Shown in pieces: positions 19,133-29,002 of a stretch of DNA of 64,000 nt. The notes beneath the pieces are model-generated. The model saw nothing but the letters and a program-made list of their open reading frames with translations. It ran no database searches and was not told where the DNA came from. Position numbers and translations under genes: made by a program. This stretch comes from Planctomycetota bacterium (GTDB taxonomy: Bacteria; Planctomycetota; Phycisphaerae; Phycisphaerales; UBA5793), in assembly GCA_963205185.1 (NCBI GenBank), contig CAUJHZ010000076.1:17157-81156 (forward strand). The letters are read 5' to 3'. Each line of letters opens with the position of its first letter. The first letter of the stretch is position 1.

Positions 19133-19777
19133 TCAACCCCGCCCCTCCCGAGGCTTGTCCACCTCGTAGGAGTAGATGTTGTCGTCCAGCGTTTCGTATT
19201 CGCCGTCCGGACCGGCGGACATGAAGTACGGCCGCTCGTTGAGCGGCTTGCCGAAGGCCTCAAACGCTTTTTCATTTTCGTCCGACGGGTGGATGTAGAG
19301 AATCTCCATCCCCCAGGGGTCGCGCACGGAGGCTCGATCGTCACTGCTCACCTGCCCGGCGTACGGGTAGCCGGCCAGGTCGGTGTAGATCTGTTGCCGC
19401 TTGACGAGGAAGGACGAGTCGATCGTGCCCAGCTGCTTGTCGATGCCGGTGAAGCCCTGCACCTGCGCAAGGTAGACCGCGATCTCGCGCCGCACTCTCG
19501 CCTCGCTAGCGCCGATTCCCGACGGCGGCATGTAGTCCCGAACCCGGAACGGGGGAATGCCTCCCCGCTCTGCCTGATACTCCGTCAGGGTCGCATCGAG
19601 CGTCTGCAGCACCTGCCGGCACTGATCGATCTTCGCCTTGCCGACCACGCTGCGCCCGACCACCACGGTGATCACCGCCAGCAGAACCACCAGTCCGATG
19701 ACGATCATCATCTCGATGAGCGAGAATGCCGGCCGGGATCCAGCCCGGGACAATGGGCGTGCGTTGGCCGCCGTCAT
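19133..19777 (-). CDS. Prepilin-type protein (GspG-like), 214 aa
   Basis: RPA|FSLIEMMIVI; 'DPWG..ILY' and 'SAGPDG.Y.T.DD' GspG-like motifs; ATGA overlap with the upstream gene. Confidence 0.82.
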   Translation of the reverse strand: MTAANARPLSRAGSRPAFSLIEMMIVIGLVVLLAVITVVVGRSVVGKAKIDQCRQVLQTLDATLTEYQAERGGIPPFRVRDYMPPSGIGASEARVRREIAVYLAQVQGFTGIDKQLGTIDSSFLVKRQQIYTDLAGYPYAGQVSSDDRASVRDPWGMEILYIHPSDENEKAFEAFGKPLNERPYFMSAGPDGEYETLDDNIYSYEVDKPREGRG

Positions 19778-20664
19778 GACTGCGCCCTCACGATGTTGTC
19801 GCGGTTCTCTGCCGCGTCGATGTCGTTGTTCTTGGCCTTCGTGTCGGGGCCCTCGGACATGAGCACGTACTCGACGCTGCGCGCCTGCATGCGGAAACTC
19901 TCGACCTGGTCCGCCGCCAGAGAGCCGAACCACACCGGCACGTGGTCCTCGAGTCGCTCGCCCTGGGGCAGGACCTTGGGCCAGTTGCGGTAGTAACGGA
20001 TCGAGCCGCCCCAGAAATCATTGATCACGAACAGCGGCCGCACGTCGCGGTCGAAGGGCACGCCGGCGCGGTTCTTGCCGATGGCCACCTGCCGATCGCC
20101 GCTGACCTGCACGTAAGGGCCGTAGGTCTTGCCGGGGATCTGCCGCTGTTGATTGACCAGTTTTTCCTTGCTCGTCCAATAGGCCGCGCGGCCGTTGCCG
20201 TTCGTGCCTCTGTACGCGTAGCCCCAGGCGCGATCCGGGCCCGGATCGCGGAAGCCGGCGCCTTCGAGTCCATCGTCGTACTGATCGACGTCGCCGTCGC
20301 CGTTGAGATCGCCCACGCCCATGAGATACGGCGCAAGCGTGAGCACGCTGTAGTAATCGACATCGTCGGAGCGATCGACGGGATACGGCTGCAACTCACC
20401 TCCGCCGCCCGTGCCGATGGTGTCATCGAGCAGCGGCGGAAAGAAGCCGTGGTCGGCGTTGAACTGCGAGAGCCCGGCGTCGATCGACTGCATGAGCTTC
20501 TCCGTCGAAGCCCTTTCGCCGGTGCCGCGGACCTTGTTCAGCGCGACGATGAGCAGGCCGACGAGGACCGCGATGATGGCCACCACCATGAGCACTTCGA
20601 TGAGGGTGAATCCCCGCCGAATGCGTCTGTTGGCGACGTGCTTGCGCGTTTCGCTTTGCGTCAT
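19774..20664 (-). CDS. Prepilin-type protein (GspG-like), 296 aa
   Basis: RRG|FTLIEVLMVVAIIAVL; 'DFWGGSIRYY', 'SEGPD'; internal DLNGDGDVD motif; GAAAGGAAG SD. Confidence 0.82.
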   Translation of the reverse strand: MTQSETRKHVANRRIRRGFTLIEVLMVVAIIAVLVGLLIVALNKVRGTGERASTEKLMQSIDAGLSQFNADHGFFPPLLDDTIGTGGGGELQPYPVDRSDDVDYYSVLTLAPYLMGVGDLNGDGDVDQYDDGLEGAGFRDPGPDRAWGYAYRGTNGNGRAAYWTSKEKLVNQQRQIPGKTYGPYVQVSGDRQVAIGKNRAGVPFDRDVRPLFVINDFWGGSIRYYRNWPKVLPQGERLEDHVPVWFGSLAADQVESFRMQARSVEYVLMSEGPDTKAKNNDIDAAENRDNIVRAQS

Positions 20665-20716
20665 CGCGGCCTTCCTTTCATCCCGGCGCCGCACCGGTGT
20701 CGGCTGGCGAGCCGCA

Positions 20717-22000
20717 TCATTGGTTGCCCACCGACTCGATCATCTTGACCAGCGGCATGAACAGCGCCACGACGATCGTGCCGACGATCACGCCGAGAAT
20801 CACGACCATGAGCGGTTCGAGCAGCGAGATGAGCGAGCCGACGGCGACTTCGACCTCTTCGTCGTAGTTGTCAGCGACTTTGAGCAGCATCGCGTCGAGG
20901 TCGCCGGTCTCTTCGCCGACGTCCACCATGTTTACGACGATCGCATCCACGACCTTGGTTTCGCGCAGCGGGTTGGCGAAGGACTCGCCCTCGCGGATCG
21001 AGTCGTGCACCTTCGTCAGCGCCTTCTCATACACGTAGTTGCCCGACGTGTCGCGCGTGATCATGATTGCTTCGAGAATCGGCACGCCGGCCGAAATGAG
21101 GGTTCCCAGCGTTCGCGTGAATCGGGCGACCGTCGCCTTCTTGATCAGCGGACCGACCAGCGGCAGGTACAGCTTGATTCGATCGACTACGGCCCGCCCC
21201 GGCTCGGTCTTGCGCACCAGTTTGATGAACAGGAACGCAATGAACGGCGAGAAAATAACCCACACGGCTCCAGGGATCGTCTGCCCCGGATCGGCCGCGG
21301 CCATCCATCGGCTCGTGTCAATGAGCCACACGGTCAGGCCGGGCAGCTCGATCTCGAAGTCGATGAAGATCTCCTGGAACTTGGGAATGACGAACACCAT
21401 GATGCCCGAGACGATGAGCACCGCGATGCTGATGACCGCCGCCGGGTAGATCATGGCGCCGCGAATCTTCGCCCGCAGCCGCTGGGCCTTTTCGAGAAAG
21501 TCCGCCAGGCGCTGCAGAATGAGGTCAAGCACGCCGCCGACCTCGCCGGCCGCCACCATCTTGACGTACAACCGGTCGAACGCCTTGGGCTGTTTGGCCA
21601 TCGCGTCTGAAAGCGTGCTGCCGCCTTCGACGTCTTCGGCGATCTCGCCGATGATGTTCTTCATCATGCCCGGCTTCTGCTGCTGTTCGAGCACCTGCAG
21701 CGAACGCAGCAGCGAGAGGCCGGCGTCCTGCAGGGTGGACAACTGCCGCGTGAACTGCGTGAGCGTCTTGACCTTCACGCGACCGATGTTGATCGAGATC
21801 TCGCCCTTCTTCTTCTTTCGCTTGGTCGTTTTGGCGGCTTCGGTCTTGGGCCCGCCCTTGCTCTTGCGCTCGCGCACCGACGTTGGGAAGAATCCCTGGC
21901 TTTTGATCTTGGTGATCGCCTCGTCGCTGGTGCCGGCGTCAATCTCGCCCTTGCGAGGCTTGCCGGACGCGTCGAGCGCTTCATACGCGAATGTGGGCAT
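20717..22000 (-). CDS. pilC: Type IV pilus / T2SS inner-membrane platform protein PilC/GspF
   Basis: FTRQLSTLQDAGL.L, GEVGG.LD..L.RLA, AMIYP, GEETGDLD.ML.KVAD.Y, LLEP. Confidence 0.95.
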   Translation of the reverse strand: MPTFAYEALDASGKPRKGEIDAGTSDEAITKIKSQGFFPTSVRERKSKGGPKTEAAKTTKRKKKKGEISINIGRVKVKTLTQFTRQLSTLQDAGLSLLRSLQVLEQQQKPGMMKNIIGEIAEDVEGGSTLSDAMAKQPKAFDRLYVKMVAAGEVGGVLDLILQRLADFLEKAQRLRAKIRGAMIYPAAVISIAVLIVSGIMVFVIPKFQEIFIDFEIELPGLTVWLIDTSRWMAAADPGQTIPGAVWVIFSPFIAFLFIKLVRKTEPGRAVVDRIKLYLPLVGPLIKKATVARFTRTLGTLISAGVPILEAIMITRDTSGNYVYEKALTKVHDSIREGESFANPLRETKVVDAIVVNMVDVGEETGDLDAMLLKVADNYDEEVEVAVGSLISLLEPLMVVILGVIVGTIVVALFMPLVKMIESVGNQ

Positions 22001-22102
22001 GGTGGCTGCTCCGAATGCCGATGCGGCGATGCTCGCCGCCTGTCTGATCTTCGTTCAACCGACCGTCGCCCGCGGCGACGCGCCGATCACTCCCCGCCTG
22101 GG

Positions 22103-23836
22103 CTAATCCTCTTCGCTGATCGTCTCGCGAATCACTTCGTCGATCGTCGTCTGTCCTTCGTAGATCGCGTTCAGACCCGACTCGCGCAGGCTCCGCATGC
22201 CGCGCTTGCGGGACTCGGCCCGAAGCACGCCCACGCTCGCCTGTTTCATGATCATCTCGCGGATGTCGTCGTCGATCGTCATGATCTCGAAGATGGCCAT
22301 GCGACCCTTGAAGCCCGAGTTGTTGCACGCGTCGCAGCCCTTGCCGCGGAAGAACGTGCGGCCGCGCACGTCTTCGGGCCGCAGGTCGAGTTCCATCAAC
22401 TCAGCCTCCGTCGGGTTGTACTGCTCCTTGCACTTGACGCAGATGCGCCGCACCAGGCGCTGAGCCACGATCGCTTCGATCGTCGCCGTCAGAAGGAACG
22501 CCTCGAGGCCGAGGTCCAGCAGTCGCACAATCGAACTGGGCGCGTCGTTGGTGTGCAGCGTGGTGAACACAAGGTGGCCGGTGAGCGACGCCTGGACGGC
22601 GATCTCCGCCGTCTCCTTGTCGCGGATTTCGCCCACAAGGATGATGTCCGGATCCTGACGCAGAAAGCTGCGCAGCGTCCGCGCGAAGGTCAGGCCGATT
22701 TCCGCGTTCATCTGCACCTGGCAGAGGCCGTCGATGTCGTATTCGACCGGGTCCTCGGCCGTGAGGATTTTGACTTCCGGCGTGTTCAGGGTGTTGAGCG
22801 CCGCGTAGAGCGTCGTCGTCTTGCCGCTGCCGGTCGGCCCCGTCACGATGATGATGCCGTTGGGCTTGTTGATGAGCTGGCGGAACTTCTGGAACTCGTC
22901 CTGCCGCAGCCCGATCTTGTCGAGGCTCAACTGCACGTTGGAGCGGTCGAGCACGCGCATGACCACCGACTCGCCGAAGATCGTCGGGAGCACCGAGACG
23001 CGCAAGTCCACTGGATTGCCGCCGACCTGCAGTTCGATGCGGCCGTCCTGAGGCAGGCGGCGCTCGGCGATGTCGAGGTTCGACATGACCTTGATGCGCG
23101 AGGCAATCGGCATCGCCAGATACGTCGGCGGGGGGATCATCTCGTAGAGAACGCCGTCGATGCGGTAGCGCATCTTGAATTCATCTTCGAACGGCTCGAA
23201 GTGGATGTCCGACGCCCGGTCGCGGATCGCCTGGAGCAGAACGAGGTTGATGAGTTTGATGACCTGGTTATCCTGCGCCGCCGCCGCGATCTCGCTCAGG
23301 TCGATCGAATCGCCGCGACCCTGGAACTGGGCCAGATCCTCGCGACCGGCGAGTTCGTCGTACATCGACGTCAGGCCGGTGTCGGCGGTGGAATAGTGCT
23401 TCTTGATGAACTCGGTGACCTGCTTCTCGGGCGCCAGCACGGCCGTGACCTTGAAGCCCATGAGCAGGCGGAGGTCATCGACCGCCGAAAAGTTGTCGGG
23501 CGACTTGATGGCGACGGTGATGTGGCGGCCCTTGGCCTCGAAGTCGATCGGCGCGACCTGGTAGGCATTGGCCGACACGGCGGGCAGCGCCGCGATCGCC
23601 TCTTCGTTCACCGGAAGCGACTCCAGATCCACCAGCTCCATACCCGCCTGGTACGCCAGCGCTTTGAGGATGTCCTCTTCCTTGATATAGCCGAGTTCGC
23701 AAAGCGCCTCGCCGAGGCGACACTTGCGCTTCTTCTGGAGGGCGAGGCCCTCGTAGACCTGCTCGCGGGACACCTTGCCCATCTTGGTCAGGACGCGTCC
23801 GAACTTCCGTCCTTTGTATTCTGAAAGATCTGCCAT
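22103..23836 (-). CDS. pilB: Pilus assembly ATPase PilB/GspE (copy 1) with MshEN-like N-terminus
   Basis: ASDIHFEP, GPTGSGKTTT, LRQDPDIILVGEIRD, TGHLV..TLHTN, tetra-Cys motif. Start set at MADLS. Confidence 0.95.
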   Translation of the reverse strand: MADLSEYKGRKFGRVLTKMGKVSREQVYEGLALQKKRKCRLGEALCELGYIKEEDILKALAYQAGMELVDLESLPVNEEAIAALPAVSANAYQVAPIDFEAKGRHITVAIKSPDNFSAVDDLRLLMGFKVTAVLAPEKQVTEFIKKHYSTADTGLTSMYDELAGREDLAQFQGRGDSIDLSEIAAAAQDNQVIKLINLVLLQAIRDRASDIHFEPFEDEFKMRYRIDGVLYEMIPPPTYLAMPIASRIKVMSNLDIAERRLPQDGRIELQVGGNPVDLRVSVLPTIFGESVVMRVLDRSNVQLSLDKIGLRQDEFQKFRQLINKPNGIIIVTGPTGSGKTTTLYAALNTLNTPEVKILTAEDPVEYDIDGLCQVQMNAEIGLTFARTLRSFLRQDPDIILVGEIRDKETAEIAVQASLTGHLVFTTLHTNDAPSSIVRLLDLGLEAFLLTATIEAIVAQRLVRRICVKCKEQYNPTEAELMELDLRPEDVRGRTFFRGKGCDACNNSGFKGRMAIFEIMTIDDDIREMIMKQASVGVLRAESRKRGMRSLRESGLNAIYEGQTTIDEVIRETISEED

Positions 23837-24213
23837 GAGCCCGCTTTCACAGTTGGGCAACTCGGGAGTGGTCCGGCACGCTGTGCCTCGCACCGGGCCA
23901 CCCCCGGCTACCTGATTCCATTATTGCCGCAAACCCAAAGTCCAACAACCCACAAAAACGAATTGAAACGTTATTTCTCGTAGATTTCAGTGCTCTTTGG
24001 CGATTTCTGAGCCGTGTTGCTCGGCCGAAGGTCCTCGCCCCGTGAATTGTCCGACGCGACAGAGGAAGCCCGAACCGGCGCTGAACCTGTCGGGGCACGC
24101 CTTCTTCGCACGACCATGCGCATCGGGGACCGCTGAGGTTCCATCACCCGAAAGAGTGAGTCCACCAGAGTTATGTACAAGAGAGTTGATCCGCTCTGGA
24201 CCGATCGTCCGGC

Positions 24214-25323
24214 TCACTCTTCCGACTCGTCGAGTTCCGTGCGTCCCACCACTCCGCCGGAGCGGTGCACTTTTTCCGTAAGATCGCTCGGATTCTTGCC
24301 CTTGTCGATCATCTCGTCGGCCGAGATCATGCCGCGCTCGTACAGCGACCAGAGGTGGTCGTCGAGCAGCTGCATGCCGAACTTCTTGCCGGTCTGGATC
24401 GCGGAGTCGATGCGGAAGACCTTGTTCTCGCGGATGAGGTTGGCAATCGCGGGGGTGACCACAAGAAACTCGTAGGCGGCCACGCGGCCGGGCTTGTCCA
24501 CCCGGGCCAGCAGCGCCTGGCTGAGGATGCAGATCAGCGTCACCGACAACTGCACTCGCACCTGCTCCTGCTGATTCGTCGGGAAGGCGTCGATGACGCG
24601 GTTGATCGTGCCCGCGGCACCGGTGGTGTGGAGGGTGGCAAAGACCAAGTGGCCTGTTTCGGCGGCGGTAATGGCCGCTTCGATCGTTTCGAGGTCGCGC
24701 ATTTCGCCGACGAGGATCACATCCGGGTCCTGACGCAGCACGCGGCGGAGCGACTCCGAGAACGAGGGCACATCCACCCCCACTTCGCGCTGATTCACGA
24801 TCGACTTCTTGTGCGGGTGGTAGTATTCGATAGGGTCTTCGATCGTCACAATGTGGTGGTCCATGTTGACGTTGATGTAGTCAATCATGGTCGCCAGCGA
24901 GGTCGTCTTGCCCGAGCCGGTCGGCCCGGTCACGAGAAACAGGCCGCGCGGCCGGCGGATCAGTTCCTTGCAGATCGGAGGCAGGCCGATCTGCTCGAAT
25001 GACATGATTCGGTTGGGGATTTGGCGGAGCACCAGCGAAAGCGAGCCCTTCTGGCGGAAGACGGACACGCGAAAGCGGGCCTCTTCGCCGTAGGCAAAGC
25101 CGAAGTCGCAGGTGCCCTCTTCCTGGAGTTCCTGCTGGCTGCGCTCCGAGGTGATCGACTTCATGAGCGCCATCGTGTCGTCGGGGCCGAGGGTCTTGGT
25201 ATTCAGCTCGCGCAGGCGGCCGTGAAGGCGGATGGTCGGCTTTCGCCCGACGGCCAGGTGGAGGTCCGAAGCGCCCTGGCGGATGACGGTTTCGAGCAGT
25301 CGGTCAATCTGAAGCGTGGACAT
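24214..25323 (-). CDS. pilT: Type IV pilus retraction ATPase PilT
   Basis: GASDLHL, GPTGSGKTTSLATMID, TIEDPIEY, LRQDPDVILVGEMRD, AETGHLVFATLHT, AIANLIRE. Confidence 0.96.
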   Translation of the reverse strand: MSTLQIDRLLETVIRQGASDLHLAVGRKPTIRLHGRLRELNTKTLGPDDTMALMKSITSERSQQELQEEGTCDFGFAYGEEARFRVSVFRQKGSLSLVLRQIPNRIMSFEQIGLPPICKELIRRPRGLFLVTGPTGSGKTTSLATMIDYINVNMDHHIVTIEDPIEYYHPHKKSIVNQREVGVDVPSFSESLRRVLRQDPDVILVGEMRDLETIEAAITAAETGHLVFATLHTTGAAGTINRVIDAFPTNQQEQVRVQLSVTLICILSQALLARVDKPGRVAAYEFLVVTPAIANLIRENKVFRIDSAIQTGKKFGMQLLDDHLWSLYERGMISADEMIDKGKNPSDLTEKVHRSGGVVGRTELDESEE

Positions 25324-25403
25324 CGGTGGTTGCTTTCTTCAGGAAGTCCTGGGCTCGACCCGCCGAGCCGATATGCGTGTTTCAACACCCGGGCGCGAAT
25401 CCC

Positions 25404-27131
25404 TTATTCCTCGACAATGCCCGCCACCTGCGCCACGCGGGCGATCTCAGCCGGCGTGGTCACGCCGTTGAGAATCTTGATGCGCCCGTCGCCGAGCAGC
25501 GGCCGCATGCCCGCTGCGAGCGCTTCGGCTCGAATGCCCGCCAGCGACTCGCGCCGGAACGCCATGTCGCGCAGCGTGGAGTTCATCAGCATCAGTTCAA
25601 AGATGGCCTTTCGGCCGCGGTAGCCGGTGCCGCCGCAGTTGGTGCAGCCGACCGCCTTGTAGATGGTCTTCGTCTGGCGATCCTGGGCGGTGATGCCGCA
25701 CAGATTGAGGAACTTCGGATCGGGCTTGTCATCGGCCGCGCGGCACTTGGGGCACAGCACGCGGATGAGCCGCTGGGCCATGACCGCCTGGATCGAACTG
25801 GCTACCAGGAACGGCGGCACGCCCATGTCGATCAGACGCGTGATCGCGGAAGGTGCGTCATTGGTGTGCAGCGTGCTGAAGACGAGGTGGCCCGTGAGCG
25901 CGGCCTGGATGGCGACTTCGGCCACTTCGCGGTCGCGGATTTCGCCCACGAGCACGATGTTGGGCGCCTGGCGCAGCATCGATCGGAGAATCGACGCGAA
26001 CGTGAGGCCGATCTTCTCACGCACCTGGCACTGATTGATGCCGGTGAAGTTGTATTCGACGGGGTCTTCCGCCGTGATGATCTTCTTGTCCGGGCGGTTG
26101 AGCACCGACAGCGCCGAATAGAGCGTGGTCGTCTTGCCCGAGCCGGTGGGCCCGGTGACGAGGAAGATGCCGTTGGGCCGGCGGATGATGCGATTGAAGA
26201 TTTCGAGATTGTCTCGTTCGAAACCGAGGTTTTCGAGGCCGATGCGCACCGAATCGGGGCGCAGAATACGCAGCACGATCGACTCGCCGTGGTACGCCGG
26301 ACAGGAACTCACGCGGAAGTCGATCATCGCGTTGTCCACGTTCATCTTGATGCGGCCGTCCTGCGGCAGCCGCTTCTCGGCAATGTTGACGCCCGCCATG
26401 AGTTTGATGCGGGCCAGCACCGCGTTCTGCATGCGCTTCGGGAGATCATCGCGGATGTGGCACACGCCGTCGATGCGATAGCGCAAGCGCACGCGATCGA
26501 CGAAGGGCTCGACGTGAATATCCGAGGCCCGGCTTCGCACGGCTTCGGTGATGATGCGGCTGACCAGTTTGATGACCGGCGCATCTTCGCCCGCCGCAAT
26601 GTCGATCGACGAGTCGACCGACTTGTCCATGGTGACGTCGATGGACTCGGTGACGAACGAGCCGGCCTCTTCGAACATCGACTTGCCTCCGGCAGGCGAG
26701 CCGAGGCGATTGTCGATGTAGGCCTTGATGTCGCTGCGCGGCGAGACCTTGGTGTCGATCTCGCAGTTCAGGCGGAAGCGCAGCATGTCGAGCAACTGCA
26801 GATCCATCGGATCGTGAATCAGCAGTTTCAGCCGGCCGTTGGTCTTGTTGAGCGGCAGGACAAAGTGCTTCTTGATGAGATCTTCCGGCAGCAGATCGAA
26901 CTGAACTCTTTCAGTGGCGCCCGGCGCGTTGAGATCAAAGTACTCAAGGCCGAACTGCTGGGCGATCGCCTTGGCGCAGTCCGATTCCTTGACGAAACCG
27001 AGATCCACGAGGGTGTCGCCGAGCCGCTTGCCCTGGCCCTTGGCCACTTCGAGGGCTTGGGCGAGTTGTTTGTCGTCGAGTTTGCCCTCTTGAACGAGGA
27101 GTTCCCCGAGTTTGAGGCGCTTTCTAGCCAT
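25404..27131 (-). CDS. pilB: Pilus assembly ATPase PilB/GspE (copy 2) with MshEN-like N-terminus
   Basis: KLGELLV..G/RLGDTLVDLG repeats, ASDIHVEP, GPTGSGKTTT, LRQAPNIVLVGEIRD, CPKC..CTNC. Confidence 0.93.
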   Translation of the reverse strand: MARKRLKLGELLVQEGKLDDKQLAQALEVAKGQGKRLGDTLVDLGFVKESDCAKAIAQQFGLEYFDLNAPGATERVQFDLLPEDLIKKHFVLPLNKTNGRLKLLIHDPMDLQLLDMLRFRLNCEIDTKVSPRSDIKAYIDNRLGSPAGGKSMFEEAGSFVTESIDVTMDKSVDSSIDIAAGEDAPVIKLVSRIITEAVRSRASDIHVEPFVDRVRLRYRIDGVCHIRDDLPKRMQNAVLARIKLMAGVNIAEKRLPQDGRIKMNVDNAMIDFRVSSCPAYHGESIVLRILRPDSVRIGLENLGFERDNLEIFNRIIRRPNGIFLVTGPTGSGKTTTLYSALSVLNRPDKKIITAEDPVEYNFTGINQCQVREKIGLTFASILRSMLRQAPNIVLVGEIRDREVAEVAIQAALTGHLVFSTLHTNDAPSAITRLIDMGVPPFLVASSIQAVMAQRLIRVLCPKCRAADDKPDPKFLNLCGITAQDRQTKTIYKAVGCTNCGGTGYRGRKAIFELMLMNSTLRDMAFRRESLAGIRAEALAAGMRPLLGDGRIKILNGVTTPAEIARVAQVAGIVEE

Positions 27132-27392
27132 GAGGCTCCGTTCCAGTCCGTCAGTGTTCGCCCGGTCCCATCGAAAGAATTACAGCGCCCGGCCCGAAAA
27201 CGGGTCGACTGGACGCCGCGATCGCATCACTGACATTATCCTCAAGTGGCGTGAATCGCCACCGATGTCCCCGATGTGAGTTCGCAAATTACCACGATCA
27301 GGCCGCGAACGTGTCTTCGTCGCGCGATCATCCAGCCTGTTCCGATTCGCGTGATGGCCCTGTCCGGTTCCATGCCATCCGCCGAGCCTGTG

Positions 27393-28319
27393 CTACGGCT
27401 CAACCCCTTGCGAACCCGCGTCGAGGCTGATGCTCGGCTCCCAGGTCATCCATTCATCCTCCGCTTTAGCGGCCAATTCAAAGACGTGCCCGTTGTGGAC
27501 CGGCTCGCCTGTCTTTTTGTCCGGCGTGGCGAAGGCAACGCCGCCGGTGAGGATCGATTCGAGCGAGTCAGCCCGGAGCGTGAGCCCGCCGAACAGGCCG
27601 AAGTCCACTCCGACTCCGCTCGCATTCCAGAATCGCGAATTATCGCGAACGAGAGGCACATACGCCGGCTCGATGCCCGCGAGCACCTCAACCCGCGTCG
27701 AATCCGGACTCAGCCGAACGTCAATCACGCGGCCGACTCGCATGTCGCGATAGGTGACAGGCGCGCCGATGGTGACCGAGCCTCGGCGCGTCGCTCGCAG
27801 CACGATTTCAAGTGTTCCAGGCAGCAACTTGCCAATTGGCAGCGGCGATTCGAGCCCCTCGAAGCGCGTCTTTCGAGGCGAGCCGACTTCGGCAGGCGCC
27901 ACCTCGATGTAGCGAGGGCCGAGCAGCGCATCCAGACCCGTCACGCCCTTGAGGCTGACTTCCGGCCGCACGATCCAATACTGCGTGCCTTCGGCCGCGA
28001 GCGGCTCGGAATCTGGAAAGAGGCGCACGCTCACGATGACGCCCTGCAAATCTCCGTCGAGCCGTACTCGCTCAACGACGCCGACCTGCACGCCGCGGCA
28101 GTTCACTGGATCGTTGGCGGAGATGCCGCGCCCGTTCGCGAAGGAGATTTCGATCGGCAATCCTCGCTCGCGGATCGCCTGGTACGCCAGCGCTGCAACG
28201 GCGACGAGAGCGATCGCCGGCGCCAGCCAGGCCCACGATCCCCACGCGCGGCGTGGCACGATGCGCGCTTCAGGCAGGGCGCCGGGCGCCACCGGATCCG
28301 GGTTCGCTGCTTCACTCAC
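27393..28319 (-). CDS. pqiB: PqiB/MlaD family MCE protein with two MCE domains, 308 aa
   Basis: 'W.WLAP.IAL' TM; MCE1 (RGVQVGVV..YWIVRP..S..GVTGLD.LL); MCE2 (GSV.IGAPV.YR...VG.V..FWNASGV). GTG start overlaps the pqiA stop (GTGA). Confidence 0.88.
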   Translation of the reverse strand: MSEAANPDPVAPGALPEARIVPRRAWGSWAWLAPAIALVAVAALAYQAIRERGLPIEISFANGRGISANDPVNCRGVQVGVVERVRLDGDLQGVIVSVRLFPDSEPLAAEGTQYWIVRPEVSLKGVTGLDALLGPRYIEVAPAEVGSPRKTRFEGLESPLPIGKLLPGTLEIVLRATRRGSVTIGAPVTYRDMRVGRVIDVRLSPDSTRVEVLAGIEPAYVPLVRDNSRFWNASGVGVDFGLFGGLTLRADSLESILTGGVAFATPDKKTGEPVHNGHVFELAAKAEDEWMTWEPSISLDAGSQGVEP

Positions 28320-28933
28320 CGCGATTCCTCTTCCTGCCAGATGTCTTCCGGGTCGAAGACGGCTGAGGCGAGCAGACTGAGCACGACCACTCCCGCGAAG
28401 GCCGCCGCGCCCGGCCCGGGGTGGACGCGCAGCCAGCTGCCGAGTTTCACCACGGCCACGAGCAGTGCGACCAGCAGCACATCCACCATTCCCCAGCGGC
28501 CGATCCACTCGAGTATGCGATAGGTCATGGCGCGGTGCCGACCGTGCAGAAAAAGTTCGCCCGAACAGATCAGGAAAGTGGCCAGAATCTTGACCAGCGG
28601 AATGACGATCGAACACAGCAGCACGATCAATGCGACGAGGATGGAGCCTTCGGCAAGCAGATCGACCACGCCGGACCAGATCGTCGCGCCGTGCGTGTGT
28701 CCCATCTGCTCGATCTCAATGACGGGCAGGAGCATCGCGGCGGGATAGAGAATGAGCGCCGCCAGCGCGAATGCGGCAGATCGGGCCATCGACTTTGGCG
28801 CAGCGGGCCATCGCAGGCGCGCATCGCATCGATAGCACCGGGCCTCAAAGCCCTCAGCCGGCGACGCGACGCGCTGAATCAGCCCGCAGCATCGACACGA
28901 ACGCAATGCGCTCAGGCAGGACATCTCACTCAC
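28316..28933 (-). CDS. pqiA: Paraquat-inducible protein A (single-repeat PqiA), ~205 aa
   Basis: N-terminal CxxC pairs (CRCC, CYRC); 'ILYPAAMLLP', 'TIWSGV', 'IGRWGMVDV..VA.LVA.VKL', 'PGPGAAAF'. Alternative start ATG 28924. Confidence 0.9.
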   Translation of the reverse strand: MSEMSCLSALRSCRCCGLIQRVASPAEGFEARCYRCDARLRWPAAPKSMARSAAFALAALILYPAAMLLPVIEIEQMGHTHGATIWSGVVDLLAEGSILVALIVLLCSIVIPLVKILATFLICSGELFLHGRHRAMTYRILEWIGRWGMVDVLLVALLVAVVKLGSWLRVHPGPGAAAFAGVVVLSLLASAVFDPEDIWQEEESR

Positions 28934-28938
28934 GCCAG

Positions 28939-28944
28939 AGTGTA
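28939..28944 (-). promoter_or_regulatory. Candidate -10 box TACACT, 5 nt before the pqiA GTG (leaderless-type)
   Basis: TANNNT hexamer at leaderless spacing; no SD visible. Confidence 0.4.
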
Positions 28945-29002
28945 GATCGAGCCGGGGTCGCCGTCGGCCTCGCGCCATCGCCCGCCGCGCCGGCGAAACC
29001 TC

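Noticed and set aside
23837-24213. 378-bp AT-richer gap between pilT and pilB1 as an sRNA, riboswitch or small ORF
   Set aside because: No recognisable RNA motif or convincing ORF; best explained as promoter DNA, and I found only a weak -35/-10 match.
15129-27233. Long plus-strand ORFs (15129..17111, 16757..18028, 22553..23824, 25326..27233 and others)
   Set aside because: Shadows of the pilin and ATPase genes on the minus strand.
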